The translations under genes were made by a program, and so were the position numbers. Under the pieces are notes generated by a model. That model was given only the letters and a program-made list of their open reading frames with translations. It did not search any database and had not been told where the DNA came from. This document shows positions 7,789 to 16,360 of a DNA stretch of 32,000 nucleotides, piece by piece. Positions within the stretch are counted from its first letter, which is position 1. The number at the start of each line of letters is the position of its first letter. The stretch is from Nitrosarchaeum sp. (GTDB taxonomy: Archaea; Thermoproteota; Nitrososphaeria; Nitrososphaerales; Nitrosopumilaceae): positions 55,626-87,625 of the forward strand of contig NZ_JAILWF010000001.1 in assembly GCF_025699065.1 (NCBI RefSeq), in the 5' to 3' direction.

Positions 7789-7820
7789 CAATGTTTCTAA
7801 ATTCGAATTTAGAAACATTG
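7789..7820. repeat. Palindromic element copy 3 (perfect 32-bp palindrome CAATGTTTCTAAATTCGAATTTAGAAACATTG)
   Basis: Read directly from the sequence. It lies between the tRNA-Asn 3' end and the start of the zinc-ribbon gene. Confidence 0.92.
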
Positions 7821-7890
7821 TAAATGATATGTGTTATTTTATCATAATATGATGCAATAGATTTCAAAATTTGAGACTAGAGATAAGAAG

Positions 7891-7964
7891 CGCCTCCCAT
7901 CAGACTTGAACTGATGACCATCCGATTAACAGTCGGATGCTCTACCACGCTGAGCTAGGGAGGC
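7891..7964 (-). tRNA. tRNA-Asn (anticodon GUU), no encoded CCA, no intron
   Basis: The minus strand reads GCCUCCCUAGCUCAGCGUGGUAGAGCAUCCGACUGUUAAUCGGAUGGUCAUCAGUUCAAGUCUGAUGGGAGGCG. The cloverleaf has a 7-bp acceptor stem, a 4-bp D stem and a 5-bp anticodon stem with loop CUGUUAA. It also has a 5-bp T stem with loop UUCAAGU. Confidence 0.92.
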
Positions 7965-8034
7965 ACAAGTTTGTACCTTAGTAAAAGCGATTTAATCCTT
8001 GCGCCCATCGAATTTATCTTAAACTTGAATGTCT

Positions 8035-8322
8035 TTAGTTGAATTTTGCAAAGAATTCTTTAATCTCTTTGGAATGATTTTCAACTAATTCGATTATCTC
8101 CATGTGTTCATCTGCTGTTGGTTCACGTTTATGTACAATTTGAAATGCACTTAGTGCAGAACCTACCATCTCTCCAACAAAAAACCCACAAAGAAAATCT
8201 CCAACGTTTTGACAATTCCAAAGTTCTCCTACTCTTGGTGATGCGCCAGCTGTTTTGTATAACTCTAAAGTTTGTTCAATTAATGATGAAGTTTGTTTTG
8301 AAAATTCAGGATCAAGGGTCAT
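8035..8322 (-). CDS. Hypothetical acidic 95-aa protein at the distal end of the ribosomal cluster
   Basis: ATG ORF 24 nt downstream of rpl6 on the same strand. No recognisable family. It is not basic and not eL32-like. Confidence 0.55.
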   Translation of the reverse strand: MTLDPEFSKQTSSLIEQTLELYKTAGASPRVGELWNCQNVGDFLCGFFVGEMVGSALSAFQIVHKREPTADEHMEIIELVENHSKEIKEFFAKFN

Positions 8323-8346
8323 GAGATATAATTAATATTTGAAAAT

Positions 8347-8907
8347 CTATTTCTTTTCTATTCCTTTTTTCTTCTCATATACGTAAACGCCATCTAAGAA
8401 GACTCTGTGATCTTTGTCTTTTACTTTGCTGCGAAGTTCTATGTTTGCAGCTGTTTGAGTAATGTGATTCCATACCTCTCCTGTTAAAATCACGTCTTCT
8501 CCTTTTGGAACTACTTTTGTGTTTCCTATGATTTTTGTAATTCTAGATGATCTCTCTCCTTGGAAGTTTTCAATTAAAACAGTTCTGTCTTGTACCTTTA
8601 CCGTGATTGGAAAGTGTGCAAATGCTATTTTCATTTTAATCGTATATCCAACTACCAAACCTTCACAAAGATTTCTGATAATTGATCTTGCAGTATGTAG
8701 TATGGAATAATCTCTTTTTCTATACCCTTGTGATTTTAGTATGACTTTACCTTCTTTGATTTCAATGTTTACTGGAATGTTTCTGAAGTTTTTGTGAGTT
8801 TTACCTAGTGGGCCTTCAAAATGCATCATGTTTTTCTTTAATGTTATTTTTACTCCTGCTGGTATATCTACCACTTCTTGGAATTTTTCAATTTGCTCAG
8901 TAGACAT
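8347..8907 (-). CDS. rpl6: 50S ribosomal protein uL6
   Basis: 186 aa with the two-domain uL6 pattern (VDIPAGVKITL...HFEGPLGK...). It occupies the conserved position after uS8. Confidence 0.95.
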   Translation of the reverse strand: MSTEQIEKFQEVVDIPAGVKITLKKNMMHFEGPLGKTHKNFRNIPVNIEIKEGKVILKSQGYRKRDYSILHTARSIIRNLCEGLVVGYTIKMKIAFAHFPITVKVQDRTVLIENFQGERSSRITKIIGNTKVVPKGEDVILTGEVWNHITQTAANIELRSKVKDKDHRVFLDGVYVYEKKKGIEKK

Positions 8908-9289
8908 ATCCTATCAAAAATCCTCCCAATCCTTTGTTTACGGCATCATGGTGTGACATGACTCCTTGATTTGTTGTTACTAGTAGCATTCCTCTGTTGT
9001 AAGCTGGTAAGTATTGTTGCTCCCAGTCATTATACTCTGTATTTTTTACTTTGAATCTTGGTGAAATTGCGCCACATTTTGTAATTTTTGCTAACAATTC
9101 AATTTTGAATTTTCCGCCTCTTTTATCGTCAATATGTTCAAACTCTCCAATATATCCGTCTTTTTGAAGTGTTTTGAGTACTTCAATTCCTAACTTTGAA
9201 GTTGGAAGAATTATGCAATTGCTTTTTCTTCTTGCTTCATTATTGTATAAAGTTACAAATAGATTTGCTAAGATGTTTTGTGCTGGCAT
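8897..9289 (-). CDS. rps8: 30S ribosomal protein uS8
   Basis: 130 aa. LANLFVTLYNNEARRK...VLKTLQKDGYIGEFE...GGFLIGYVY is typical of uS8. Confidence 0.95.
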   Translation of the reverse strand: MPAQNILANLFVTLYNNEARRKSNCIILPTSKLGIEVLKTLQKDGYIGEFEHIDDKRGGKFKIELLAKITKCGAISPRFKVKNTEYNDWEQQYLPAYNRGMLLVTTNQGVMSHHDAVNKGLGGFLIGYVY

Positions 9290-9294
9290 TTATA

Positions 9295-9474
9295 TCACAT
9301 ATTTTTCCTAAAACCTAAAGATGTTGCTACTTCTCTAAAGCATCGTCTGCATAACATTAACTCATATTTTTGAATTACAGCTGTATAATCTCCACATCGT
9401 TTACACCACTTAGAACCTCTTCCAAAATCGTGTTTCTTTCTTCCAGTTGCTTCATATGATCTGTCTTTTGCCAT
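9295..9474 (-). CDS. rps14: 30S ribosomal protein uS14 (zinc-binding type)
   Basis: 59-aa ORF found by hand, below the track cut-off: MAKDRSYEATGRKKHDFGRGSKWCKRCGDYTAVIQKYELMLCRRCFREVATSLGFRKNM. It has CxxC...CxxC and sits between uL5 and uS8. Its ATG shares 1 nt with the uL5 stop. Confidence 0.9.
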   Translation of the reverse strand: MAKDRSYEATGRKKHDFGRGSKWCKRCGDYTAVIQKYELMLCRRCFREVATSLGFRKNM

Positions 9475-9995
9475 TATACTATCGTGACTCCAAACTCCTT
9501 AACTAGATAATCCTTTGCTTCCTGACTTTTAATCGTGTGTGATTTTCCAACACTTGCTTTGTGTTTACTTCTTTTTCTAATTCCATATCCTGGTCTTGTT
9601 AAAGTCACTGAAACTCCTAGACCTAAAATTCCAACTTGTGGATCATATTTTACTCCAGGTATGTCGATGTGTTCTTTAATTCCAAATGAAAAGTTTCCGA
9701 AATTATCAAATGATTTGCCGTTTATCTGATTAGCTTTTGCATCAAGTAATCGTTTTAACAAATCACGTGCATCTTGTCCTCTTACTGTAACTGCAACTCC
9801 GATTGGTTCTCCTTGTCTGACTCCCCATTCTCTTTGTGTTTCTTTTGCCTCACGTGCAGATGATTTTTTACCTGAAATATGATCCAGTGCTTTTTTTGCT
9901 ACTACGATAATATCACCCGATTTTCCTAAACCCATGTTTAGGACAACTTTTTCTAAAGTTATTTTCTTCATTGGGGATTCTGATATTTGGGACAT
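9474..9995 (-). CDS. rpl5: 50S ribosomal protein uL5
   Basis: 173 aa. The sequence is uL5-like and it occupies the conserved cluster position. Confidence 0.95.
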   Translation of the reverse strand: MSQISESPMKKITLEKVVLNMGLGKSGDIIVVAKKALDHISGKKSSAREAKETQREWGVRQGEPIGVAVTVRGQDARDLLKRLLDAKANQINGKSFDNFGNFSFGIKEHIDIPGVKYDPQVGILGLGVSVTLTRPGYGIRKRSKHKASVGKSHTIKSQEAKDYLVKEFGVTIV

Positions 9996-9999
9996 ATGA

Positions 10000-10716
10000 T
10001 CACTTTATTTGAATTAGAGGCTCCTGTTTTCCTACTAATAGTATGATGTCTGTTGGAATTTCGATCTTTCTATCACCTAAAACTAGCACTACACGTTTAG
10101 GTAAAATGTAAGTTCCTTCTTCAATGGTTTCAATTGTTCCCATCTGTCCTGCGTTAATCCCACGAGTAACCAAAGCATGTGCACCTTTTTCCAATTTTAT
10201 AACTTCAAGAATTTTTTGATCTGGAATTTGAATTAAGCATGTGTCTCCAACATTTACTTTGATATCTGAAATTGTTGAACGACCGTCATGAAATCCTATT
10301 TGCATTTTGCCCTTGCTAATTGTTGTTTTACTTGTAACTCTGACTAGCTTTTTTGTTTTTTCTGATTCTTTAATCTGTAATGGTTTTAGTAACTTTCCCT
10401 CCATTGGAACTAGACGATAAACTTCTGGAACATTTTCTAACTCTACAACATCCATTAATCCAATTGCATGGTGAAGCGATTTTCTAACAACTCCATCGAT
10501 TTTCACTTTGCCAGAATAGATTGCTGCTTTTGCCTCTCTTAATGTTGTTACAATTTTTAATACGTCTCTTAGAAATACTGCAGTTGGTACTGAATATTCT
10601 TTTTTATGTGGTCCTGGTCTAACTGTAATTACAAATCGTTTGTCTTTTCTCTTAATTCCCCAGAATTGAGGAGCCATTTGTCTTTTGAGTTTTTTACTTC
10701 CAGATATGCTAACCAT
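10000..10716 (-). CDS. rps4e: 30S ribosomal protein eS4
   Basis: 238 aa. GSKKLKRQMAPQFWGIKRK...RPGPH... with an S4/KOW-type organisation. This protein is specific to archaea and eukaryotes. Confidence 0.95.
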   Translation of the reverse strand: MVSISGSKKLKRQMAPQFWGIKRKDKRFVITVRPGPHKKEYSVPTAVFLRDVLKIVTTLREAKAAIYSGKVKIDGVVRKSLHHAIGLMDVVELENVPEVYRLVPMEGKLLKPLQIKESEKTKKLVRVTSKTTISKGKMQIGFHDGRSTISDIKVNVGDTCLIQIPDQKILEVIKLEKGAHALVTRGINAGQMGTIETIEEGTYILPKRVVLVLGDRKIEIPTDIILLVGKQEPLIQIK

Positions 10717-11213
10717 TATTTTTCAACTTCCTTTTTTCCTTTTTTAGGTACTAATGTTTCTTTAGTTGTCTCTTCTTTCTTTGTTTTTTCCACTGCTTTT
10801 GGTTTTTCGGTCGTCTCTTCTTTTTTTGTAGGCTTTTCTTCTACTGCTTTTGGTTTTTCAGTTGGTTTTTTGCCTTCTAATTTTGCAACTCTCCATTTGT
10901 CATCTGTGTTTAATCCTGTAACTACAAGATTTGATGTATGTATGTAGACATCAAATTTATCTCCCTTTGTCTTTTCTTTTTTAACTCCTTCTATAGCTAC
11001 GCTGCTTTTCTTAGTAAAAACTTTTGATACTTTTCCATCAACTCCTTTGAACTCTCCTCTTACAATTTTTATGCTATCACCTTCAATTACTCTGACACTT
11101 TTTTTACCATATTTTTTACGAAGATCATCTGATAATTGACTTCCAAGTTGTTTACTTCTAGTATGGAATGTTGCCCTGTAAATCAAGCTGTTACGCATCT
11201 TTGTTGGTTTCAT
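10716..11213 (-). CDS. rpl24: 50S ribosomal protein uL24 with a Lys/Glu-rich repetitive C-terminal extension
   Basis: The KOW region [23 protein letters not shown] is present. The C-terminal roughly 50 aa are KE/T-rich with a duplicated TEKPKAVE motif. Confidence 0.9.
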   Translation of the reverse strand: MKPTKMRNSLIYRATFHTRSKQLGSQLSDDLRKKYGKKSVRVIEGDSIKIVRGEFKGVDGKVSKVFTKKSSVAIEGVKKEKTKGDKFDVYIHTSNLVVTGLNTDDKWRVAKLEGKKPTEKPKAVEEKPTKKEETTEKPKAVEKTKKEETTKETLVPKKGKKEVEK

Positions 11214-11214
11214 T

Positions 11215-11637
11215 TTATACCACCATTGATGCCAAATTAGCTACTCTTGGCCATTTTTCTGAAGCTTCTGCTGCGACTGGTCCTTTGATGTCAGTTCCTT
11301 TGACTTCTCCTTCTGGAGTAATCAAAACTGCTGCATTGTCTTCAAAGCACACTCTTACACCGTTTAATCTACGAACTGCATATTTCTGTCTAATTATTAC
11401 TGCACCATATACCTGCTTTCTTAATTCTGCAGGACCTTTTTTTACAACAACATTGCAAAAGTCTCCAACTGACGCAGCTGCTAATTGCGCGTGTCTTGTA
11501 TGATGTCTTTGTACCATAACAATTTCTAGAATTTTTGCACCTGTGTTGTCAGCACATACTATTTGTGCTCCTATTGGAATTGCTTTTGTTACTCGAGGAC
11601 GAAATTCTGATACCCCTTTTCCTGCTTGTTTTGCCAT
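11215..11637 (-). CDS. rpl14: 50S ribosomal protein uL14
   Basis: 140 aa. [18 protein letters not shown] is the uL14 signature. Confidence 0.95.
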   Translation of the reverse strand: MAKQAGKGVSEFRPRVTKAIPIGAQIVCADNTGAKILEIVMVQRHHTRHAQLAAASVGDFCNVVVKKGPAELRKQVYGAVIIRQKYAVRRLNGVRVCFEDNAAVLITPEGEVKGTDIKGPVAAEASEKWPRVANLASMVV

Positions 11638-11960
11638 TATGCTTTAACCTCTACTACTACATATGATACTGATTTTGATATTGGTCTGCATTCTGCAGTC
11701 AATACATGATCACCCGTTTGAACATCGATGCATTCTGGTACATGTGCATGAATTGTGTTTTTACTTCTTGCATATCTTTTGAATTTTAGATAGTAAATTG
11801 GTGATTCTTTTTGTAATGTGATTGTCTGTTTTGCTTTGTTGCTTGTAACTTTACCATCAAATAATTTTCCTCTAACTGATAGTTTTCCATGAAATGGACA
11901 ATGTGCATCTGTACATTCTCTGCTTGGAGCCTTTACTTTTAATCCAATGTTTAATGTCAT
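11637..11960 (-). CDS. rps17: 30S ribosomal protein uS17
   Basis: 107 aa. CTDAHCPFHGKLSVRGKLFDGKV... is typical of archaeal uS17. Confidence 0.95.
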   Translation of the reverse strand: MTLNIGLKVKAPSRECTDAHCPFHGKLSVRGKLFDGKVTSNKAKQTITLQKESPIYYLKFKRYARSKNTIHAHVPECIDVQTGDHVLTAECRPISKSVSYVVVEVKA

Positions 11961-12223
11961 GCCCTTCCTCCTATTCTATCAAATGATCTTTTTGAAATTT
12001 GCATGCCGTTTACAATGATGTCTTTGCCGTCTAAGGTAAATTTCCAACTATTGTTGGATTTTGCAATCATTTTAGTTCCATTTTTGGTATCCATTATTAT
12101 CATTGATTTTGTTTCATCTGTAATTGTTCCATTTAATCCTATAATTTGTGAATTAGATGATTCAATGATCTCTGTGTGTAATCCAATTAATTCATGTGAT
12201 GTTATGTTTTGCTCTGTAATCAT
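11957..12223 (-). CDS. rnp1: RNase P protein component 1 (Rpp29/Pop4 homologue)
   Basis: 88 aa. LIGLHTEIIESSNSQIIGLNGTITDETKSMIIM has the Sm-like Rpp29 pattern. It sits in the canonical archaeal position between uL29 and uS17, with ATGA overlaps on both sides. Confidence 0.8.
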   Translation of the reverse strand: MITEQNITSHELIGLHTEIIESSNSQIIGLNGTITDETKSMIIMDTKNGTKMIAKSNNSWKFTLDGKDIIVNGMQISKRSFDRIGGRA

Positions 12224-12423
12224 TTCTTTTTCAACTCATTTACTCTAGTCATCATTCTTGCAATGTCGTGTCTTAATGGTTTTAATTTTCCACTTTCTTT
12301 TCTTAATGTTCCTTTTGAACCGTCTACTCTTAGTTTTGCAAGTTCACTTCTTGTTTCTTGAATTTTACTTTTAAGATCTTTTTCATTTAACTCTCTGATT
12401 GTTTTCATCGATAGTCGAGTCAT
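12220..12423 (-). CDS. rpl29: 50S ribosomal protein uL29
   Basis: 67 aa, helical and basic. [24 protein letters not shown] is the uL29 pattern. Confidence 0.9.
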   Translation of the reverse strand: MTRLSMKTIRELNEKDLKSKIQETRSELAKLRVDGSKGTLRKESGKLKPLRHDIARMMTRVNELKKK

Positions 12424-13175
12424 AGTAGTTTTGCCTCCTCTTCTTCTAGTGTTTCAAGCTCTTTCATCTTTTCTTCTTCAATTGCAATTTGTTCTGATTC
12501 TGTTCTTGCTTTGCGTTCTACTTCTGTTTCGTCTCTCATCTTTCCGGTGTCTTTATCTTTGATTTGTTTTGCTTTCTTTGGTTTTTGTGTTTTTAGTTCA
12601 AATTCTGGAACGAATTTTTCATTAATTGCAATTCTTATTCTAATTCCGATTAACCCCATTGCAGTTTTAACGTGTGCAATATCCTCATCAACAATTACCT
12701 CTGCATGATGTCCTGCTCTTGGTAAAATTCCTGCACTGTGTTTTTCAAATGCTGAACGATCCCCACGTAGTTTTCCTGAGATTGTAATTTGAACTCCCAT
12801 GGCTCCATTATCCATAATTTGTTTTAATGTCCACATTGTAGCTCTTCTAAATGCAGTACCTCGTTCCAAATGTGATGCCATTCTGTTGCACATTACACTT
12901 GGTGATAGCTCTGGTTTTGCTATTTCAACTACTGATATCTGTGGATTTTTTAATTTAAAATCAGTTGCAAGCTTATCTGTTAATTCTCTAATACCAGAAC
13001 CTTTTCTTCCAATAACTATTCCAGGTCGTGTTACATGTAATGCGACTCTTGTTCCCATTGGTGTTTTTGAAATTTCTGCATGTGAAAATCCTGCATCTTT
13101 AATTGCTACTCTCAAGTAATCTTTGAGAAGCATCATGTTGTAGTTGTCTTTAATTACATTTTTTACAGCTGACAT
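12420..13175 (-). CDS. rps3: 30S ribosomal protein uS3 with a charged C-terminal tail
   Basis: 251 aa with a KH domain ([18 protein letters not shown]) and a uS3 C-terminal domain. The last roughly 55 aa are K/E-rich. Confidence 0.95.
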   Translation of the reverse strand: MSAVKNVIKDNYNMMLLKDYLRVAIKDAGFSHAEISKTPMGTRVALHVTRPGIVIGRKGSGIRELTDKLATDFKLKNPQISVVEIAKPELSPSVMCNRMASHLERGTAFRRATMWTLKQIMDNGAMGVQITISGKLRGDRSAFEKHSAGILPRAGHHAEVIVDEDIAHVKTAMGLIGIRIRIAINEKFVPEFELKTQKPKKAKQIKDKDTGKMRDETEVERKARTESEQIAIEEEKMKELETLEEEEAKLL

Positions 13176-13176
13176 G

Positions 13177-13644
13177 TTATATCTCCTGCGCCACCAATTC
13201 TACATGTGTTAACACATTATTTTTTGGAGTGGCTCTTCCCATTGCTCTTGGAATAAATCGTTTTACAATCACACCTTTGTGAACTGTTGCGTTTACAATT
13301 TTTAATCTATCTAAATCCATTCCCTTGTATTCTGCATTTGATTCTAAATTATCTAATACTTTGATGAATTCTTTTACTGTTTTTTGTGGATAACGACCAG
13401 ACATCATTCCTGGATCTGATCTATGACCGACTTGATTGTTGAATCTTCTAAATGCTATTGCTCTTTCTTTATTGACTACTGCTTGAAGATAATCTCTGGC
13501 TTTTTCAATTGAAAGTCCTTTAATTGCAACAGCTACTTCACGTGCATGTTTATGTGAAATGTCTTTTTCTCTTAGTGAAGAACGAACATGTTTAGTTGCG
13601 TCAAAATTTTGGAATGCGTATTTGAATCTGCCCATGACAATCAC
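13177..13644 (-). CDS. rpl22: 50S ribosomal protein uL22
   Basis: 155 aa. The sequence is uL22-like and it occupies the conserved position. Confidence 0.95.
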   Translation of the reverse strand: MIVMGRFKYAFQNFDATKHVRSSLREKDISHKHAREVAVAIKGLSIEKARDYLQAVVNKERAIAFRRFNNQVGHRSDPGMMSGRYPQKTVKEFIKVLDNLESNAEYKGMDLDRLKIVNATVHKGVIVKRFIPRAMGRATPKNNVLTHVELVAQEI

Positions 13645-14036
13645 TTTAATGGTACGTAGAGACTGGATCTTGATGCGCCGACACCTGGTGCACCATGTTG
13701 AACTCTTTTGTTTGTTATGACATATTCTCCAAGATAATGTCCTATCATTTCAGTTTTAATTAAAACTGGAGTGAATTCTTTTCCTGAAAAAATATTTACT
13801 GTAACACCTACCATGTATGGTAGAATAATTAAATCTCTAGAATGAGTTTTGATTGGATTTTTTGTTTTTCCAGCTTTTGCGGATTTTATTTCTTCAATAA
13901 GTTTTCTCTTGTCATCTGTAATTCCACGTGTAAGTGAACGTCTTTGTCTGGAATTAAATATTAAAAATAATTTCTCTAGTGACATGTTGTCTAGCTCCTC
14001 TTTTGGTAATCCTCGATATAGAAATTCTTTGACCAT
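13641..14036 (-). CDS. rps19: 30S ribosomal protein uS19
   Basis: 131 aa. GHYLGEYVITNKRVQHGAPGVGASRSS is the uS19 signature. Confidence 0.95.
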   Translation of the reverse strand: MVKEFLYRGLPKEELDNMSLEKLFLIFNSRQRRSLTRGITDDKRKLIEEIKSAKAGKTKNPIKTHSRDLIILPYMVGVTVNIFSGKEFTPVLIKTEMIGHYLGEYVITNKRVQHGAPGVGASRSSLYVPLK

Positions 14037-14080
14037 TTTACTTATCCTCTCTTTGTATTGATGAAGCCTTATTGTCCATA

Positions 14081-14347
14081 TTATAGCATTCCTATCTTTG
14101 TGGCCAAGTCTCTGGCTTTTTCTGTACTTTCAAATTGAACAAATGCCTTTTTACCGTAAATTGTTCTTGCTGTGTTTACTTGAGTAGCTTTTTGATTGTA
14201 TAATGCACTTACAGCTTCAATTATCTGTGGTTTGCTGGCTGATCTATCTACAATAAAGCAAATTTTGCTTTCATTTTCTACCATTGCAAATGTTTTTTCA
14301 GTAATGTATGGTTTCAAAATAATTTTACTTGCTTGATCTACATTCAT
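14081..14347 (-). CDS. rpl23: 50S ribosomal protein uL23
   Basis: 88 aa. ILKPYITEKTFAMVE... is the uL23 pattern, and it follows uL4. Confidence 0.9.
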   Translation of the reverse strand: MNVDQASKIILKPYITEKTFAMVENESKICFIVDRSASKPQIIEAVSALYNQKATQVNTARTIYGKKAFVQFESTEKARDLATKIGML

Positions 14348-15156
14348 CTTACTTTCACCATTAATTCTAGATGTGTTGATTTTATCTTTGCAATCTCTTC
14401 AATTGCTGCTTTTGAATACACTGTTAATCTAATTGGATCGGAACCTGGTGCCAAATCTAATACGCTTAATTCTTTTACAGATCTTACTTCGACTCCTGGT
14501 AATGCCCCGCAGGCTTTGCTTATTTTTGATGCATCTTTTGTGACAAACAATACACTCTTTCCAACCTTTTTACTTCGGCCTCTAAGTGATGATTTTCCAG
14601 TACGTGGTTTTCTTGCTTGAAGTCTTTCTACGTCTTTCATTAATTTTAGATCTTCTAACACTTTGAAAATATCGCTTGCTTTTGAAATTGATTCAATGTC
14701 ATTTGTAACAACAATTGGGAATGATTCGATGCCTTCTATTTTGTGGCCTCTTGATTTTACCAAATCTTTTGAAGCAGTTGCAGCTATTGCAGAACAAAAT
14801 GCTAGCTTGTTTTCTTTCTTGTTTAATTTCTTAAAAATCACTCTGTCTACTATTGGAGGATGAGCTTGTCTACCACCTCTTACTGAAGCAACACCACCTG
14901 CTTGACCTTGTCTTCCACCACCGCCACCTTTCATCTTTGCAATACGTGCTTGGTGCTGTCCTGTTGGAGGATCGTTTGATCTTGCTACTACATCCATACC
15001 TGCAGTTGGATGTCTTCCCTGTGGTTGGAATTTATGTGAAGTCAAATTTGTAAATGCTTTGTGAATAAGCTCTGCTCTAAATGGAGTTGAAAAGATTAGT
15101 GGCAATTCAACTTCACTATCTTTGGTTCCCTTTATTGTTAATAATGATGTTTTCAT
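14344..15156 (-). CDS. rpl4: 50S ribosomal protein uL4
   Basis: 270 aa. GRHPTAGMDVVARS...GGGGRQGQAGGVASVRGGRQAHPP is typical of archaeal uL4. Confidence 0.95.
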   Translation of the reverse strand: MKTSLLTIKGTKDSEVELPLIFSTPFRAELIHKAFTNLTSHKFQPQGRHPTAGMDVVARSNDPPTGQHQARIAKMKGGGGGRQGQAGGVASVRGGRQAHPPIVDRVIFKKLNKKENKLAFCSAIAATASKDLVKSRGHKIEGIESFPIVVTNDIESISKASDIFKVLEDLKLMKDVERLQARKPRTGKSSLRGRSKKVGKSVLFVTKDASKISKACGALPGVEVRSVKELSVLDLAPGSDPIRLTVYSKAAIEEIAKIKSTHLELMVKVR

Positions 15157-16148
15157 CAGATTACTACCTCCAAAATATTTGGCTTGGTGATTTTTACTGG
15201 TGCGTTTCTAATTTGACTTCTTAGCTTGATTAATCTTCTATATGTTCCTGGAACTGAGCCTTTTAGAATAATGAAATCTCCTTTTACTAAACCAAAGTGT
15301 TTGTAACCCCCGTCTGGATTTATTTTTATTTGATTATTTTCTGTATTGCCAATTACCATTATTCTTTTGTCGTATTCTGTTCTTTGATGAAATCCCATTT
15401 GACCTGCTCTTGGAACTGAATACATGACACTAGCTGGTGAAATTGGACCTAGTGATGCAACTTCTCTAACTGTTTTTCTTGATTTGTGTTGTTTTTTCTT
15501 TACTCCGAATCTTTGTATGACTCCTTGCCACCCTTTACCTTTTGTAATTGCTGCGACATCGATTGTTGCTCCTGTTTCAAAAATTTGATCAATTTTAATT
15601 TCTTTTCCTAACAGTTCTTTTACATGTGCAAATTGTTTTTTGATGTCACCGCCGCTAACTAATGCTTCAAAGATGTATGGCTTTTTTTGTTCTAATCCCG
15701 CATCACGTGGAGATACAGCAACTATTGCAAAAATTTCTTTGACCCTGCCAAGTATTTTTTCTGCATTTTCCATTGCACCTTCTTTATTTTTAAAATTAAT
15801 TTCTTTAGAGATATTTTTTGGAAATTCTTTTGCATATACGTCAAATTCTGCATGTAATCCATAATGATCTTTTGAATACCCTCTAACTCCTAATATTGAA
15901 ACTGGTGGAGTTACTAACACTGTTCCAAGACTTACAAGTTGTTTTCCTGCATTTGGAGTCTTTTCACGATCATCGATGGTAACTAGTTGAACACAGCCTG
16001 CTTTGAAACCGCAATGTGCTAAAATTTTTGGTTCATCAGAATTGTTTTTTGGCCATGTTCTGATACGTGCCTCCATACTTTTGGCACGTCCTCTTGGATA
16101 GTATGCTGCGCTACCTCTACGTGGTTGCGCGTATTTTCGATGACCCAT
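15156..16148 (-). CDS. rpl3: 50S ribosomal protein uL3
   Basis: 330 aa. The MGHRKYAQPRRGSAAYYPR start and KGKGWQGV motif are typical of archaeal uL3. Confidence 0.95.
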   Translation of the reverse strand: MGHRKYAQPRRGSAAYYPRGRAKSMEARIRTWPKNNSDEPKILAHCGFKAGCVQLVTIDDREKTPNAGKQLVSLGTVLVTPPVSILGVRGYSKDHYGLHAEFDVYAKEFPKNISKEINFKNKEGAMENAEKILGRVKEIFAIVAVSPRDAGLEQKKPYIFEALVSGGDIKKQFAHVKELLGKEIKIDQIFETGATIDVAAITKGKGWQGVIQRFGVKKKQHKSRKTVREVASLGPISPASVMYSVPRAGQMGFHQRTEYDKRIMVIGNTENNQIKINPDGGYKHFGLVKGDFIILKGSVPGTYRRLIKLRSQIRNAPVKITKPNILEVVI

Positions 16149-16243
16149 GGTTAAATCGAAGTCGTCTTCAACCGTCTAATAAACCCTGTGAGACATCGTT
16201 AACTTGTAAAAATTAAGTGGTTAACGAACTATTTCTAATATGA

Positions 16244-16354
16244 TCAAGGAGATATCAAATTACTTGCGTAATTCCAAATTGTTACTGCTCCGATGATTAC
16301 TCCTACTGCTCCTAAACCCATTGCTAAAATTAAGAAATTTCTTTTTTCTGCCAT
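16244..16354 (-). CDS. Candidate 36-aa single-pass membrane micro-protein
   Basis: ATG ORF MAEKRNFLILAMGLGAVGVIIGAVTIWNYASNLISP. It starts 6 nt after the stop of the upstream SPOUT gene on the same strand. No homology support. Confidence 0.3.
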   Translation of the reverse strand: MAEKRNFLILAMGLGAVGVIIGAVTIWNYASNLISP

Positions 16355-16360
16355 TTTGTA

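Noticed and set aside
7821-8034. Possibility that tRNA-Asn marks an integrated element covering the uncharacterised 5-8 kb region
   Set aside because: There is no integrase, transposase or phage-like gene. I could not find a direct repeat of the tRNA 3' segment that would mark an att site. The composition looks like the rest of the window.
8519-15864. Numerous 60-113 aa plus-strand ORFs inside the ribosomal cluster (for example 10606-10947, 11168-11503, 12799-13119, 14333-14620, 15640-15864)
   Set aside because: Each is antisense to an unambiguous ribosomal protein gene. They have Ser/Phe/Leu-rich low-complexity translations typical of antisense frames.
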